A stretch of DNA of 64,000 nucleotides from an uncultured bacterium. GTDB taxonomy: Bacteria > Babelota > Babeliae > Babelales > Babelaceae. Each line of letters begins with the position of its first letter. Position 1 is the first letter of the stretch. The notes under the pieces are model-generated. The model saw nothing but the letters and a program-made list of their open reading frames with translations. It did not search any database and had not been told where the DNA came from. The translations under genes were made by a program, and so were the position numbers. Positions 1-9,830 of the stretch are shown piece by piece. The stretch is taken from assembly GCA_963848965.1 (NCBI GenBank), contig CAWKFG010000001.1:160001-224000 (forward strand), read 5' to 3'.

Positions 1-883
1 ACCAGAAGTTGAAGTGTCCGAATGCGATAGTGCTTTCGTGAGCGATAAGGCGTATGTCAAAGATGGGCTTTTTGTGATGATAGGGGAGATTGTGAATCTT
101 GAAGAATTCGCGGAATGTTTGATAGCTTGCTCCGCTTGGAGTAGAGAATTGATCTTGTCCTTGCACACCATCGCCCTCAGAGTAAAGGCTAATTATTTTT
201 GAAAAGAGAGGATGGAATGCATAATGTGCAGTTTCTGCTTGGATAGGAGTACCCAGGAGAATAAGATTCTTAATGTTTAGATGCTTTTTTTCATGATTTT
301 CTGCTTCTGCAAGGTAAAGAAGCACATTACCGCCATGACTATAGCCGCAAAGTGTGATAGTGGTCTCATAGCCTTGTAAGCGATAGCTATGTTGGAGTGT
401 ATGGAGGTGCTGGTAGAGATTGAATGCAGCCTCTTTGCGATGGGTAGCACTGAAGATACCGGAGAACCCGAAGGTATAGTAGTCGCTGTTGGAAGTAGGG
501 TTAAAAAGGCGAGAGAGGGTATCGTAGGCACCGATAGTTTGGTATGCTCCTTTTTTGCTGAGCTCAGGTGGAAGTGTACGCTGGCAATAGAGACCGAGGG
601 TAGAGGTGTTTATTTTTGTGAGTCCTTCATTGAGCATAAGTGAATCTTCTTGAAAGAGGGGATCTTTGCGAACTTTTGCCATACAACGAGCATACCAGTC
701 TTCTTTAGCAATAGATTGTGTATATGATTTGTAGGGGTTTAAAAGAGCAAGACCCGGTAATATAGTACCATGTACAAAGATAACGATGTTCTTTTCTTTA
801 CTAAAATAGTCGAGTTTTATTTCAAAAGTAGGCGCAAGAAGAACTGTACAGAGAATGAGCAGGCGAACAATAAATAAAACCAT
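1..883 (-). CDS. Exported alpha/beta hydrolase (lipase/esterase-like), runs off the left edge
   Basis: Not in the ORF track. My translation from ATG at 883 (SD AAGGAG): MVLFIVRLLILCTVLLAPT...IVIFVHGT...TITLCGYSHGGNV...LILLGTP. GxSxG nucleophile elbow; open to the window edge. Confidence 0.8.
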   Translation of the reverse strand, partial: MVLFIVRLLILCTVLLAPTFEIKLDYFSKEKNIVIFVHGTILPGLALLNPYKSYTQSIAKEDWYARCMAKVRKDPLFQEDSLMLNEGLTKINTSTLGLYCQRTLPPELSKKGAYQTIGAYDTLSRLFNPTSNSDYYTFGFSGIFSATHRKEAAFNLYQHLHTLQHSYRLQGYETTITLCGYSHGGNVLLYLAEAENHEKKHLNIKNLILLGTPIQAETAHYAFHPLFSKIISLYSEGDGVQGQDQFSTPSGASYQTFREFFKIHNLPYHHKKPIFDIRLIAHESTIAFGHFNFW

Positions 884-1020
884 TGATAGCTCCTTGAGGA
901 GAATCCTTTTATTTAAGTTTAGTTGAACTTTAAGAATCCGCAACGGCCCTATGCTTGTTTGACATAAAGTAATAATATTTTATGATAATAAATAAAACTA
1001 ATATTAGTGTGGGAAAATAT

Positions 1021-2466
1021 ATGTTTAAAAAATATTATTTATTATCGCTGTTAAGTGTCTCGTATCTTTTTTCGATGGAACCGGCTTTAGTGTCTTCTGT
1101 TGATTTTAATAAAACGTATTTAGGAGTATTGCCACAAGAGTTGCTTTCTCAGATCGTTTTGTATGTAAGTATGCTACCACAGCTTAAAAGTTGCGTGATT
1201 GAGCCTCTTGATCATCAAATCCTTGTATCTCGTGTTACTGAAGAACAATTAAGAGCCAAGGCAGAAGAAACTTTTTCTGCATTTATCAAAAGTGTTCAAA
1301 CTCTTGGTGCTTTATTAAAGATGGATAAAAAGCATCTTGAAAGTGAAGGTATTCATAATACTTTTTTAGATGTTCTTTCAGAACATCTTCAGCAGTACGA
1401 AATAAAGCTTATTGCTGAGTTCTTTAGAAAAACAGACGCAGGTTCTATGCTTGCACCAGCGCTCATCTCAGCAGATAAACATAAGGTTTTAGAATCTGTA
1501 GAGCAGTTGAATCAAGCTCTTGATAATTATTTAGAAAAGCATTCTGTGCTTTCTACATACCTTCCAAGAGAGGAGATCTTGAAGATAGATGCTGAGGATA
1601 ATACGATAAAAGATCTTTTCTTGCAGTTTCAAACTTTCCTTCTAGACCGTGCTGATGTTGGTTCACACGTATCAATCATGGCGATGAGATCATTACTAAG
1701 TAATGCTGATCTTACTATGCCATTAGACTCTGCTGGTATTTTATCAGATTTTAGTGATGATGATATAATTTATCCTGATAAAGCAGCTTTAAAAGCAGCT
1801 CCACTCTATTATGCTTATGCCACCAAGTCTGCAGCAAATGTTTTTAAGAATATGTGCTATTCTTCGATTGAGGACCCGCTTGTAGAGTTACTTTATTTAA
1901 CACCCTTAGGAAGCAGATTTGATAAAATGTTTATTTCAGCGCTTTTAGCTACTCCGCAAGCGTTTAAATGGTTAAGAAAGTATTTAGCAAGTACTCCTAA
2001 AGCAGCAACCGACTGCTTGTGTCTTGCAGCAGCACTTGATAATAAAGAGCTTGCTCTTCTAGCTCTTGAGTGTGGAGCAGATAGTAATGGCTTTCAAAGT
2101 GTTTATTGCTTTAAAGGAACCTATCTTATAGCTTTGAGCAAAAATAAGAAACTAGCAACGTATATTACTAGATTTACTCCATTACACATTGCTGCTATTT
2201 GTGGTCATAAAGAGATAGTAGAAGTTTTATTACAAAAAGGTGCTCGTCTAGATGTGGCTGATAGCCAAGGAAGTACTGCTCTTACAGAAGCAATTATGCA
2301 TCGCAATAAAGAAATGGTTAAGTTCTTGCTTGAAGCTGGTGCAAGTCCTTCTTTTCAAACGCCAGGAGGTTTAGATCCTTTAGAAGTTGCTAAGCAAATA
2401 AGTAATACTAATGTTCGAGAAGAAATAATTGCGCTTTTGAAACACTATTTTGCTAAGGAGCTATAA
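1021..2466 (+). CDS. Secreted ankyrin-repeat protein with N-terminal F-box-like segment
   Basis: Signal peptide ...YLFS-ME; LGVLPQELLSQIVLY; C-terminal ankyrin repeats (TPLHIAA...GH.EIV..LL..GA). Start moved from 982 to MFKK. Confidence 0.85.
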   Translation: MFKKYYLLSLLSVSYLFSMEPALVSSVDFNKTYLGVLPQELLSQIVLYVSMLPQLKSCVIEPLDHQILVSRVTEEQLRAKAEETFSAFIKSVQTLGALLKMDKKHLESEGIHNTFLDVLSEHLQQYEIKLIAEFFRKTDAGSMLAPALISADKHKVLESVEQLNQALDNYLEKHSVLSTYLPREEILKIDAEDNTIKDLFLQFQTFLLDRADVGSHVSIMAMRSLLSNADLTMPLDSAGILSDFSDDDIIYPDKAALKAAPLYYAYATKSAANVFKNMCYSSIEDPLVELLYLTPLGSRFDKMFISALLATPQAFKWLRKYLASTPKAATDCLCLAAALDNKELALLALECGADSNGFQSVYCFKGTYLIALSKNKKLATYITRFTPLHIAAICGHKEIVEVLLQKGARLDVADSQGSTALTEAIMHRNKEMVKFLLEAGASPSFQTPGGLDPLEVAKQISNTNVREEIIALLKHYFAKEL

Positions 2467-2598
2467 AAAGGCACAGTGGCACATCTTGCTTAATTATAAA
2501 TATAAAAATGTACAATCAGGCAAGTTGCGCATTGTGTAAATGTCAAGATTGGTGTATCATTAAAAAAGCAGTGCTTCAAAAAACCTAAGGGAGGTCCC

Positions 2599-3639
2599 AT
2601 GAATCTTTTATGGCAGTTGGGAGTATTAGTATCACTAATGCTAGGGAGTCAACTCTTTGGAATGCAAGAAGAATTTAGGGAAGTGAGTCGTACTTATGGT
2701 CAATATATAGCAGAATTTGTCTCCCGGTTAACTCATGAGCAATATAAGCAGCTTGTCTTGCATCCTTATTTTTTTGATAATCCTTGTGAATTACTTGAAA
2801 GTACTTTTGTACAAGAGCTTACAGAAGAACAAAAGATGCTTTTTTTAAAAGTTGCTAGAGAATATAATTCAGATACGTGGTCTGATTTTAAGGAACTAGT
2901 ACTTAAAAATCTGTTTGCTTTTAGTGCATTAACTCCAGAAGCTTTAAAAGATCTTCAAATAAATCAAATAAGCGTTGAGCAATTTGATGCTCCTTGGAAC
3001 AAGAGAATACAAGAATTTATAAAGAATGATAAAAAAATAAAAGAATTTACATGGAACTTATTAGAAAGATCGTGGTGTCCCATTGATTCTCAAGATTTGT
3101 GCTCTTCAACACTATCACTATTTAAAGAAGATGAAATGGTAGAAGAGATACAAACGTCATTTCAAAACAAGCTTTCTCCTGGATGGTGGCAGTGGACATG
3201 GCAAAAGTGTAGTGCAGTAAAAGAATGGTGGTACAGTGACCAATCCGAGCTTAGAGATCAACAGTGGCTTATAAAGTTTGGCTCTCTGTTTTCTAAATTA
3301 AAACGAGAACAGCGTTGGTTTCTCATTGATATTATACAGATTTTGCAAGGATATAAAAATATTCTTCTTGATGATGCCTATAATAGTAAACTAATAACAG
3401 TTGCTCTTAGCATGTTTTCAAATCAAAGAGACTATCTTCGTGCTGTATGTTACTGGTATCTTGAGGCTTTTGTATTTCAGCGTCTTCTCGAGTATGGTTA
3501 TTGTAAACCTCATGAGCGGGAACTCTTTGCAAAGTCTTTTAAAGATAAGTTTGATGAGCATATAATGCATCTTAATGAGCAAGAACAAGCGAGAGCACAT
3601 AATATTAGAAGAGTTTGTAAAATTGTTTTGCTCTATTAA
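2599..3639 (+). CDS. Hypothetical secreted protein
   Basis: 346-aa ORF, strong SD GGAGG, signal peptide ...QLFG-MQ; no domain recognised. Confidence 0.75.
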   Translation: MNLLWQLGVLVSLMLGSQLFGMQEEFREVSRTYGQYIAEFVSRLTHEQYKQLVLHPYFFDNPCELLESTFVQELTEEQKMLFLKVAREYNSDTWSDFKELVLKNLFAFSALTPEALKDLQINQISVEQFDAPWNKRIQEFIKNDKKIKEFTWNLLERSWCPIDSQDLCSSTLSLFKEDEMVEEIQTSFQNKLSPGWWQWTWQKCSAVKEWWYSDQSELRDQQWLIKFGSLFSKLKREQRWFLIDIIQILQGYKNILLDDAYNSKLITVALSMFSNQRDYLRAVCYWYLEAFVFQRLLEYGYCKPHERELFAKSFKDKFDEHIMHLNEQEQARAHNIRRVCKIVLLY

Positions 3640-3735
3640 GCTGTACTTTAACCTGCTGAATCTTTTTCTTTCATAACTATCATTATTTTTTTGCGTTTTT
3701 CCTCAGAGAGCTTGATAATTGGAATTATTATATTT

Positions 3736-3973
3736 ATGAAATCATCACGATTAACGTCAAAATACCAAGCAACAATTCTCTAAAAAAATAAGAGAATTGC
3801 TTAATCTTAAGGCAGGCGATACCATAGTTTTTGACATAATAGATAAAGGTACTGTAGTAATGCAAAAAGCTAAGAAATTTGATAAAGAGTACTTAGAAAT
3901 GGTATACAAAATGCTCAATGAATGGGATTCAAAAGAGGATGATGAAGCGTATGAACACCTTCAAAATCTTTAA
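3736..3973 (+). pseudogene. AbrB/MazE-family antitoxin, frameshifted
   Basis: MKSSRLTSKYQATI, then a 1-nt insertion near 3779, then PKKIRELLNLKAGDTIVFDI...LNEWDSKEDDEAYEHL*. Confidence 0.8.
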
Positions 3974-4145
3974 TGTGCCTATAACAAATCTTATAAGTTG
4001 TGGTCTTCAGAAGCCTCCAGTGATCCGTTTAAAACTATTTACCATTGATCATAGATTAGTTATTGATAAGATAGGCACGTTAGCATATGAAGACCAAGAC
4101 AAAGTAAAAGAACATATGGCTTTAGTATTTGCAGCTTTGCTTTGA
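3951..4145 (+). pseudogene. PemK/MazF-family toxin with internal deletion
   Basis: MNTFKIFNV joined directly to PITNLISCGLQKPPVIRLKLFTIDHRLVIDKIGTL. The PFPF/RPALV core is absent; start overlaps the antitoxin end. Confidence 0.7.
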
Positions 4146-4778
4146 GAAAACTTTCTTAAAAAGTTCCAAGTCTTCGCTGCTAAAGAGTATAAAATAAATA
4201 TGAGTTAATGTTGTAGCTTGTGTCTTAGCAAAATCTATAATTGTCTTAAGAGCACTAGTAGCGGCTCGTTCTTTTGGAAAAGCGTATATAGCAGAACTTA
4301 TAAAAGGAAAAGCTATACTTTGAGCTTTTTTCTCAGTAGCTAATTCTAAGCTGTGTAAATATGCTTCTTTTAGCAATTTGTCTTGCTCTTTACTATCTTT
4401 AATAATGCGGCAATCGGGGCCAACAGCATGAATTATATGCGTAATACCATATGTTTGTAAGTTAAAGCTTGGAGTAATACAAGCAGTTCCTGTAGGACAA
4501 CGAATACCATTCTTCTGAGCAGGGATACTGTTACATGCTTCTTGTAAAGCATCTTTTCCGGCTGCTTTGAAAATAGCACCACATACTCCACTGCCTGCTT
4601 GCAGCTCTTTATTTGCTGCATTAACAATAATATCTACCTGTTGCTTGGTTATATCTCCTTGCATACAGGTTATAGTAACGTTGTTAATTTTATATGAAAA
4701 TGGTGTACTATCTGCGCTACTGTTTTTGCATACAGTAACAGTGAGTACAGTCAATAAGCACAAAACAAATTTTTTCAT
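4122..4778 (-). CDS. Macro domain protein (ADP-ribose binding/hydrolase, YmdB-like) with signal peptide
   Basis: GDIT...IVNAAN..L..GSGVCGAIF...IIHAVGP...SIAFPFISSAIY; hydrophobic N-terminus. Confidence 0.92.
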   Translation of the reverse strand: MKKFVLCLLTVLTVTVCKNSSADSTPFSYKINNVTITCMQGDITKQQVDIIVNAANKELQAGSGVCGAIFKAAGKDALQEACNSIPAQKNGIRCPTGTACITPSFNLQTYGITHIIHAVGPDCRIIKDSKEQDKLLKEAYLHSLELATEKKAQSIAFPFISSAIYAFPKERAATSALKTIIDFAKTQATTLTHIYFILFSSEDLELFKKVFSKQSCKY

Positions 4779-4938
4779 AATTTTCCTTGAGTATGGCCGT
4801 ATTTGATTTTGTCTTTAGTGTACCACTCTAGAAAGATGATTCAACTGCTGCGGTAAAAGATTACTATGCTGTTATAGAGAGCTTTCTACTGTACAGTATA
4901 TGCTTTATCAACAATAAGTACCAAACGTTGAGAATCTA

Positions 4939-6003
4939 CTATATATGAGTGTTTACAGTATTTGCAGACTCTTTAAATGGCATATCATAGAAATCTTCTC
5001 CATAAGCAAAGGGCTGGAAATAGATACAAGGTTTTAGACCAGTACGAGCAAAAAACGGGGTAAGAAGTTCCTTTAAGTTCTCTTTAAATGTTTGAAAAAA
5101 CTCTTTTTCTTTAGGTACTAAATAATAGGTAAATTCCTTATTAGGTAGTAAGAAGACGATAGTACATTCTTTTTGTTTTTGCTTAACAGCATAACATGCT
5201 ATCTCATATATATAATAAATGGCTTCTAGATACTGTAGAAAAGGAAAAATTTGTGTGTGATCGAAATCCAAAAGATTTTTGCTTTGAGTCAAAGGACAAT
5301 AATCTAAACAAGAGGGTGTATAACCTATGGTGCGTAAAGAAAAGCGAGCATAGAGGTCACGCGGCTCTGTACGTATGAGCTGGGAGCTTGCTTTTTTAGT
5401 TACTTTACCAAAGTTACATGTATAGAGCCAAGAAAAGAATTTGTTAGCTTGTAAGATCTGATATGAAGTACTTAAAGGAAGAGAAAGCAAAGTTGTAGAA
5501 ACGTCGCTTAAAAGAGGACATTCGTCTTTCTTGAGTACTTTTATGGAGGATTCTTGAATTACTTTTTTATAATCAGGACATGCACGCAACTTTTGATCTT
5601 TGGTTGAAAAATAGCGCCATGCTGTAAGATCGGTAAGCCAAAAAGTGGCCTGAAATGGTAGTAATTGAGTGAAAATAGTATCTTGATACCAGCGGGTACC
5701 GCTCGATGACAGGTTTCCAAAGTGGTCAGTAAACCAAAGAACGATATGAGGATTTTTTTTAGTTTTAAGAACTTCTACTACTTTTTTACTAGAAAGCTCG
5801 TGCTGAAATCCAAGAGTTTTGTAAAGGGCTTTTCTTTCTTCAAGTGTATATTGGCGAAGGCTTTTAAGAAGAGTAAGTGGCATCTTTTTAATGGCTTGAT
5901 CGTAGTGTATTGTTACTTCAAAAGAAGATGCTTTTTGTGTGAGTAAAAAGGTTCCTATTGCTAGAGTTATAAGTGTTATGAACATAAGTAAGAATTTATA
6001 CAT
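4939..6003 (-). CDS. Uncharacterised exported protein, paralog of 6048-7142
   Basis: 354-aa ORF; shares WFT.xFG, ATFWLTDL.AW, LQYLE..YY, PNKEFTYYLVP and YFQPFAY with its neighbour. Confidence 0.8.
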   Translation of the reverse strand: MYKFLLMFITLITLAIGTFLLTQKASSFEVTIHYDQAIKKMPLTLLKSLRQYTLEERKALYKTLGFQHELSSKKVVEVLKTKKNPHIVLWFTDHFGNLSSSGTRWYQDTIFTQLLPFQATFWLTDLTAWRYFSTKDQKLRACPDYKKVIQESSIKVLKKDECPLLSDVSTTLLSLPLSTSYQILQANKFFSWLYTCNFGKVTKKASSQLIRTEPRDLYARFSLRTIGYTPSCLDYCPLTQSKNLLDFDHTQIFPFLQYLEAIYYIYEIACYAVKQKQKECTIVFLLPNKEFTYYLVPKEKEFFQTFKENLKELLTPFFARTGLKPCIYFQPFAYGEDFYDMPFKESANTVNTHI

Positions 6004-6017
6004 GATAATCCTTTAAA

Positions 6018-6044
6018 GGGGGAACACCTTACAGTGTTCCCTTT
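6018..6044 (-). terminator. Hairpin between the two paralogs
   Basis: GGGAACAC-tgtaag-GTGTTCCC followed by CCTTT on the minus strand. Confidence 0.5.
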
Positions 6045-6047
6045 GTA

Positions 6048-7142
6048 TTATGGCAGATATTTCTCTAACTTTGATTTGTTACAAGGGTTACCTACAGCTC
6101 TATACGGTGATGCAAAGAGTGTATTATCTTGTGGTGTATAATAAGCAAATGGTTGAAAATAGACTGAGATACGAAACCCTGGCGGTAATGAAAATGTAGA
6201 GATAACAGTTTCTAAGTCTTGCTTAAACGTGCTCAAGAGTGACTGTTCCTGTGGTACAAGATAATAAGTAAACTCTTTATTTGGTATAAAAAAGACAATA
6301 GAACACTCTTTTGCAGACGGATCATTAGTTAGCGTATCTTTAATAATGTTAGAGGCATAGTAGAGGCCCTCAAGGTATTGAAGAAGACGAAAGATGAGCG
6401 TAAAGTCAGCTGTAAGAAATGTTTGCCGAGCAAGTTTAGTACTTACTATGTCTAATAAAGGGGATGTATAGCCTAGATTTTGTAAAGAACAAGGAGCTCT
6501 TCCTTCGCGTCGTTGCGTTTTACATAAAAGATCGGCCTTATCAAGGATAAGCTCAAACAAAGAAAATTCTTCGGTCTTATTGGTAAGAGCTTTGAAAAAG
6601 TCCTGTGAAAAAAGAGGGCGATACCGTTTTTTAGTGCATGTAACTTTTGCTAAAACTTCTGAACGCTTTGTAGTCAGAGGACATTCTTCTTGCTTTAATT
6701 GCTCGTTATTGTCTAATTTTGCAATAAGTGCACTATAGTTTTGTGATAGTTGCTTTTTATCAATTGCAAGAAAACACCATGCTCGTAGATCGGTGAGCCA
6801 AAAGGTGGCTTGAGGAATTTTATTAAAAAGATTGGTGCTATACCAGAGTGCAGTAGAAGGCATGATACTACCAAAGTAGTTAGTAAACCATATGACAACC
6901 TGAGGATTGTTAAGAGCAGCTATAGTTGCAACTGCTTTTTCTAGTGGAAAGAGCTCTTTAAAGAGGGCAAACATTTGTGCTTGTGTCTCCTCATTTGCAG
7001 TCCGAGCACTTCTCAATTCTTCTAAATAAGGTTTAAGTTTATTAATACAAGGATCGTAAGCGACCGTTAAGGAACTTGGTTGTTCCATTGCTTGCATGAA
7101 TCCCCCTGTAAAGGATAGAAAGAGTAAAAGTAGCGTTTTCAT
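6048..7142 (-). CDS. Uncharacterised secreted protein, paralog of 4939-6003
   Basis: 364-aa ORF; signal peptide ...FMQA-ME; motifs shared with its neighbour. Confidence 0.8.
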   Translation of the reverse strand: MKTLLLLFLSFTGGFMQAMEQPSSLTVAYDPCINKLKPYLEELRSARTANEETQAQMFALFKELFPLEKAVATIAALNNPQVVIWFTNYFGSIMPSTALWYSTNLFNKIPQATFWLTDLRAWCFLAIDKKQLSQNYSALIAKLDNNEQLKQEECPLTTKRSEVLAKVTCTKKRYRPLFSQDFFKALTNKTEEFSLFELILDKADLLCKTQRREGRAPCSLQNLGYTSPLLDIVSTKLARQTFLTADFTLIFRLLQYLEGLYYASNIIKDTLTNDPSAKECSIVFFIPNKEFTYYLVPQEQSLLSTFKQDLETVISTFSLPPGFRISVYFQPFAYYTPQDNTLFASPYRAVGNPCNKSKLEKYLP

Positions 7143-7156
7143 GATTTTTCTTTCGT

Positions 7157-7859
7157 TTAAAAATATGTTAAAAATTGTTGTAATTCGTTTTGCTCAGGGA
7201 GCTCTTGAATAGTTTGAGTATTCCATGTTCCAATGAGTGTTCCGTCCTGTAAAAGAGCAATTTCTTGAGCAGCATTCTTTACAAAATCCATATCTTGGCT
7301 CGAAAAGAGCACAGTAATTCCCTGTGTGCTTAATGTCTTAAGGAGCTCTGTAAGAAGTGCACTATTTTCAGGATCTAGTGCAGACGTAGGTTCATCCATA
7401 CACAGTATTTGTGGTTCTAAAACTAATGCTCGAGCAAGTGCAACTCGTTGTTGCTGTCCTCCTGACAATTGGGTAGGGTATTTATCCTTGTGAGATTGGA
7501 TACCAAAGTAGGTAAGCATAGAAAGCGCTTTCTCATATGCTTGGGCTTTTGTGAGTTTTTTAGTAACTACAAGAGACTGCATGCAATTTTCAAGCGCTGT
7601 CAGGTGTGGAAACAGGTTATAGTGCTGGAATACAAGCCCTATAGTTTGGGCTTTCTGTTGACAAGAAAGAGTTTTTAGTTCTGTTTGGTTAAAGGTAATA
7701 GAACCAGTATATGAACGTTTCAATTGAGTTATGCATTCTAAGCAGAGTTGTCTTACCCGCGCCACTTTTTCCAATGAGTGCGGTAATGCTTCCAGGCATA
7801 AGAGTCAGTGAAAGTTCTTTTAAAATAGTTTTATAAGAAAGATTTTGTACGATTAACAT
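7157..7859 (-). CDS. Polar amino-acid ABC transporter ATPase (GlnQ/HisP-like), split by a 1-nt insertion
   Basis: MLIVQNLSYK...GKSGAGKTTLLR in one frame, CITQL...LSGGQQQRVALARAL...MDEPTSALD in another; extra A near 7737. Confidence 0.85.
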
Positions 7860-8490
7860 TATATTTCCTTTCAAGAAGTTGACCAAATGCTGAAACTGCA
7901 CAGGTGAGTACAAGGTATATACCGGCAATGCTTAATGAGACACCAAGTGGGTTGAATGAACGATACATAATGTTCATGCTCATCTTAGTAAGCTCGAGTG
8001 TTCCTATGCTTGCAAGGATTGAAGTACTTTTCATAACCATAACGTATTCGCTTGTAAGTGCAGGAAGAGCAGCGCGAAACATTTGTGGTACTATGATATA
8101 GCGCAGTTGTTGCATGTTTGTGTATCCTAAAGCGTGAGCTGCTTGCCATTGTCCACGGGCAATGCTATTAAGTGTTCCTCGTATAATTTCAGAGACGTGT
8201 GCAGCTGAACAGAGGCCTAGAGTGATAACACCTGCAGTAAAAGGAGAGAATGTGATACTTGTAAGCTGTGGAAGTACAAAATAGACAAGCATAAGCTGAG
8301 CATACAGAGGTATTCCTCGTAAAAGCAGGGTTAGGATACCAAGCGGTACAGCAAGGGCTGCTGTGCGCAGCCAAGAGCAGCGCACAGTACCTATACCTAT
8401 TCCTATAACAAGACTTATTGCTGTTGAAACTATCCAAAGTTTACAGGTGGTGATAGTTCCTTGTACTAACAAGGGAATCCAAGCTGTCAT
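7831..8490 (-). CDS. Polar amino-acid ABC transporter permease (HisQ/GlnP-like)
   Basis: RGIPLYAQL, SAAHVSEIIRG...GQWQAAHALG EAA-loop; hydrophobic. Confidence 0.92.
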   Translation of the reverse strand: MTAWIPLLVQGTITTCKLWIVSTAISLVIGIGIGTVRCSWLRTAALAVPLGILTLLLRGIPLYAQLMLVYFVLPQLTSITFSPFTAGVITLGLCSAAHVSEIIRGTLNSIARGQWQAAHALGYTNMQQLRYIIVPQMFRAALPALTSEYVMVMKSTSILASIGTLELTKMSMNIMYRSFNPLGVSLSIAGIYLVLTCAVSAFGQLLERKYNVNRTKSFL

Positions 8491-9275
8491 TGTACCTCCT
8501 TAGAAAACCATTGCTTCTCTTTTTGTGCTAAGAAGCCCTCTTTTTTAAGATCGGCTATGATAGCTTCTATTTTAGAGATAAGTGCGGTATTCTCCTTGTT
8601 TATTCCTATCCCGCAGCCAAGGATTTTATACTTCTCACTAAGTGGTACAACTAGTGAAACAAGTTCTGGATACTTCTTTTTCAAACTTTGATAGAGTGCA
8701 GGTTCAAGTAATGTAGCAAGTGCTTTGCCATACTGAATCTCGAGGATAGATCCTAGAGGATCTACACGCTTAATTTCAAAGCCTTTAAAGCTTTCAAGAA
8801 TTGGCTCTTGGCTAGAACCAGGCTCAACGCATACAATAGCGCCAGGAATAGAAGAAAGATCTTCAAGCTTTTGTACTCCTGTAGGAATTGTTTTCCAGAA
8901 TATAAGCGGTAAAGAGGTAATAGGCTCTCCTTGGTAAGGAACCATGGCCATTTTGGCAAGCCGTTCAGAGGTGATATCAAGACCGGTCATAATAAAGTCT
9001 ACGGAGCCTTGTTGCAGTGCCTGAATAAGATAGGCGGTATCCATATCTTTTATGAGGAGCTTTTTATTGAGCCTTCGTGCAATCTCTTGAGCAACATCAA
9101 TATCGAAGCCTTCATAATTGCCTAGCTCATTCATACTTACATAGGGTGGCCATCCACTCATGGTGCCCATTACAATAGTTTTGCTTTTATCAACTTCAGC
9201 AGAGCTTTTATACAGTTGTAATCCAATAAACGTACACAGTGGTACTAAAGCTAGAAAATATATGTTTTTAAACAT
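8487..9275 (-). CDS. Polar amino-acid ABC transporter substrate-binding protein (family 3)
   Basis: GWPPY...GFDIDVAQEIA...ITSER; N-terminal signal; first gene of the operon. Confidence 0.92.
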   Translation of the reverse strand: MFKNIYFLALVPLCTFIGLQLYKSSAEVDKSKTIVMGTMSGWPPYVSMNELGNYEGFDIDVAQEIARRLNKKLLIKDMDTAYLIQALQQGSVDFIMTGLDITSERLAKMAMVPYQGEPITSLPLIFWKTIPTGVQKLEDLSSIPGAIVCVEPGSSQEPILESFKGFEIKRVDPLGSILEIQYGKALATLLEPALYQSLKKKYPELVSLVVPLSEKYKILGCGIGINKENTALISKIEAIIADLKKEGFLAQKEKQWFSKEVQ

Positions 9276-9429
9276 AGTTATCCTTTAATAAATTCAAATA
9301 GAAATTAATTTTAATAACAAATAAGTTAGGGAAAATAATTATTTTTGTACAGTACTCTTTAAAACAAAGAGATGCTTTGCTTTAACAAATACTTACAAAT
9401 GATGTATAAAATAATGGGAATGCCAAAGA

Positions 9430-9522
9430 TTAATGGCAATGATGATAGTGGTGATGAAAAGAAGAAAGAGAAGAAGGAGAGAGAATAAAAGATTGTTCTA
9501 AAAGATACTTAATAGGTATCAT
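9430..9522 (-). CDS. His-rich leader peptide (putative attenuator peptide), 30 aa
   Basis: MIPIKYLLEQSFILSPSSLSSFHHHYHHCH*; SD AAGAAAGGG 6 nt upstream; ends about 155 nt before the ABC operon start. Confidence 0.65.
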   Translation of the reverse strand: MIPIKYLLEQSFILSPSSLSSFHHHYHHCH

Positions 9523-9620
9523 AACATGCCCTTTCTTTGTTTAAATATAATTCTAACTCTTTAGTATAAGCATGTTTTATGCAAAATGCAAGAAGAAATT
9601 AAATCTATAAGAATGCATGA

Positions 9621-9772
9621 TCTAATGAGAGGTCAGGACAAAGCTCTTTGAGAAAATCCTCGCAAAGTGACAACGCAATTGTCATTTTGAGACTCATTAT
9701 GACATTTTCAATGTCATTTTGCGAGTACAAGCAAGAAAAACTGCTTTATAGGCTTTGGACACCTCTAATGAG
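9621..9772. repeat. Palindromic MITE/REP-like element
   Basis: TCTAATGAG at both ends; imperfect inverted ends AGAGGT..CAAAGC / GCTTTG..ACCTCT; CTCGCAAAGTGACA can pair with TGTCATTTTGAG or TGTCATTTTGCGAG. Confidence 0.5.
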
Positions 9773-9830
9773 CTTAAATACCCAAGAAGCTGATTCTTCA
9801 TAAGTATATACCTATAATGAACAATAAGGG

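Noticed and set aside
14..643. Short ORFs 14-202, 277-531 and 389-643
   Set aside because: Shadow ORFs of the minus-strand hydrolase gene at 1-883.
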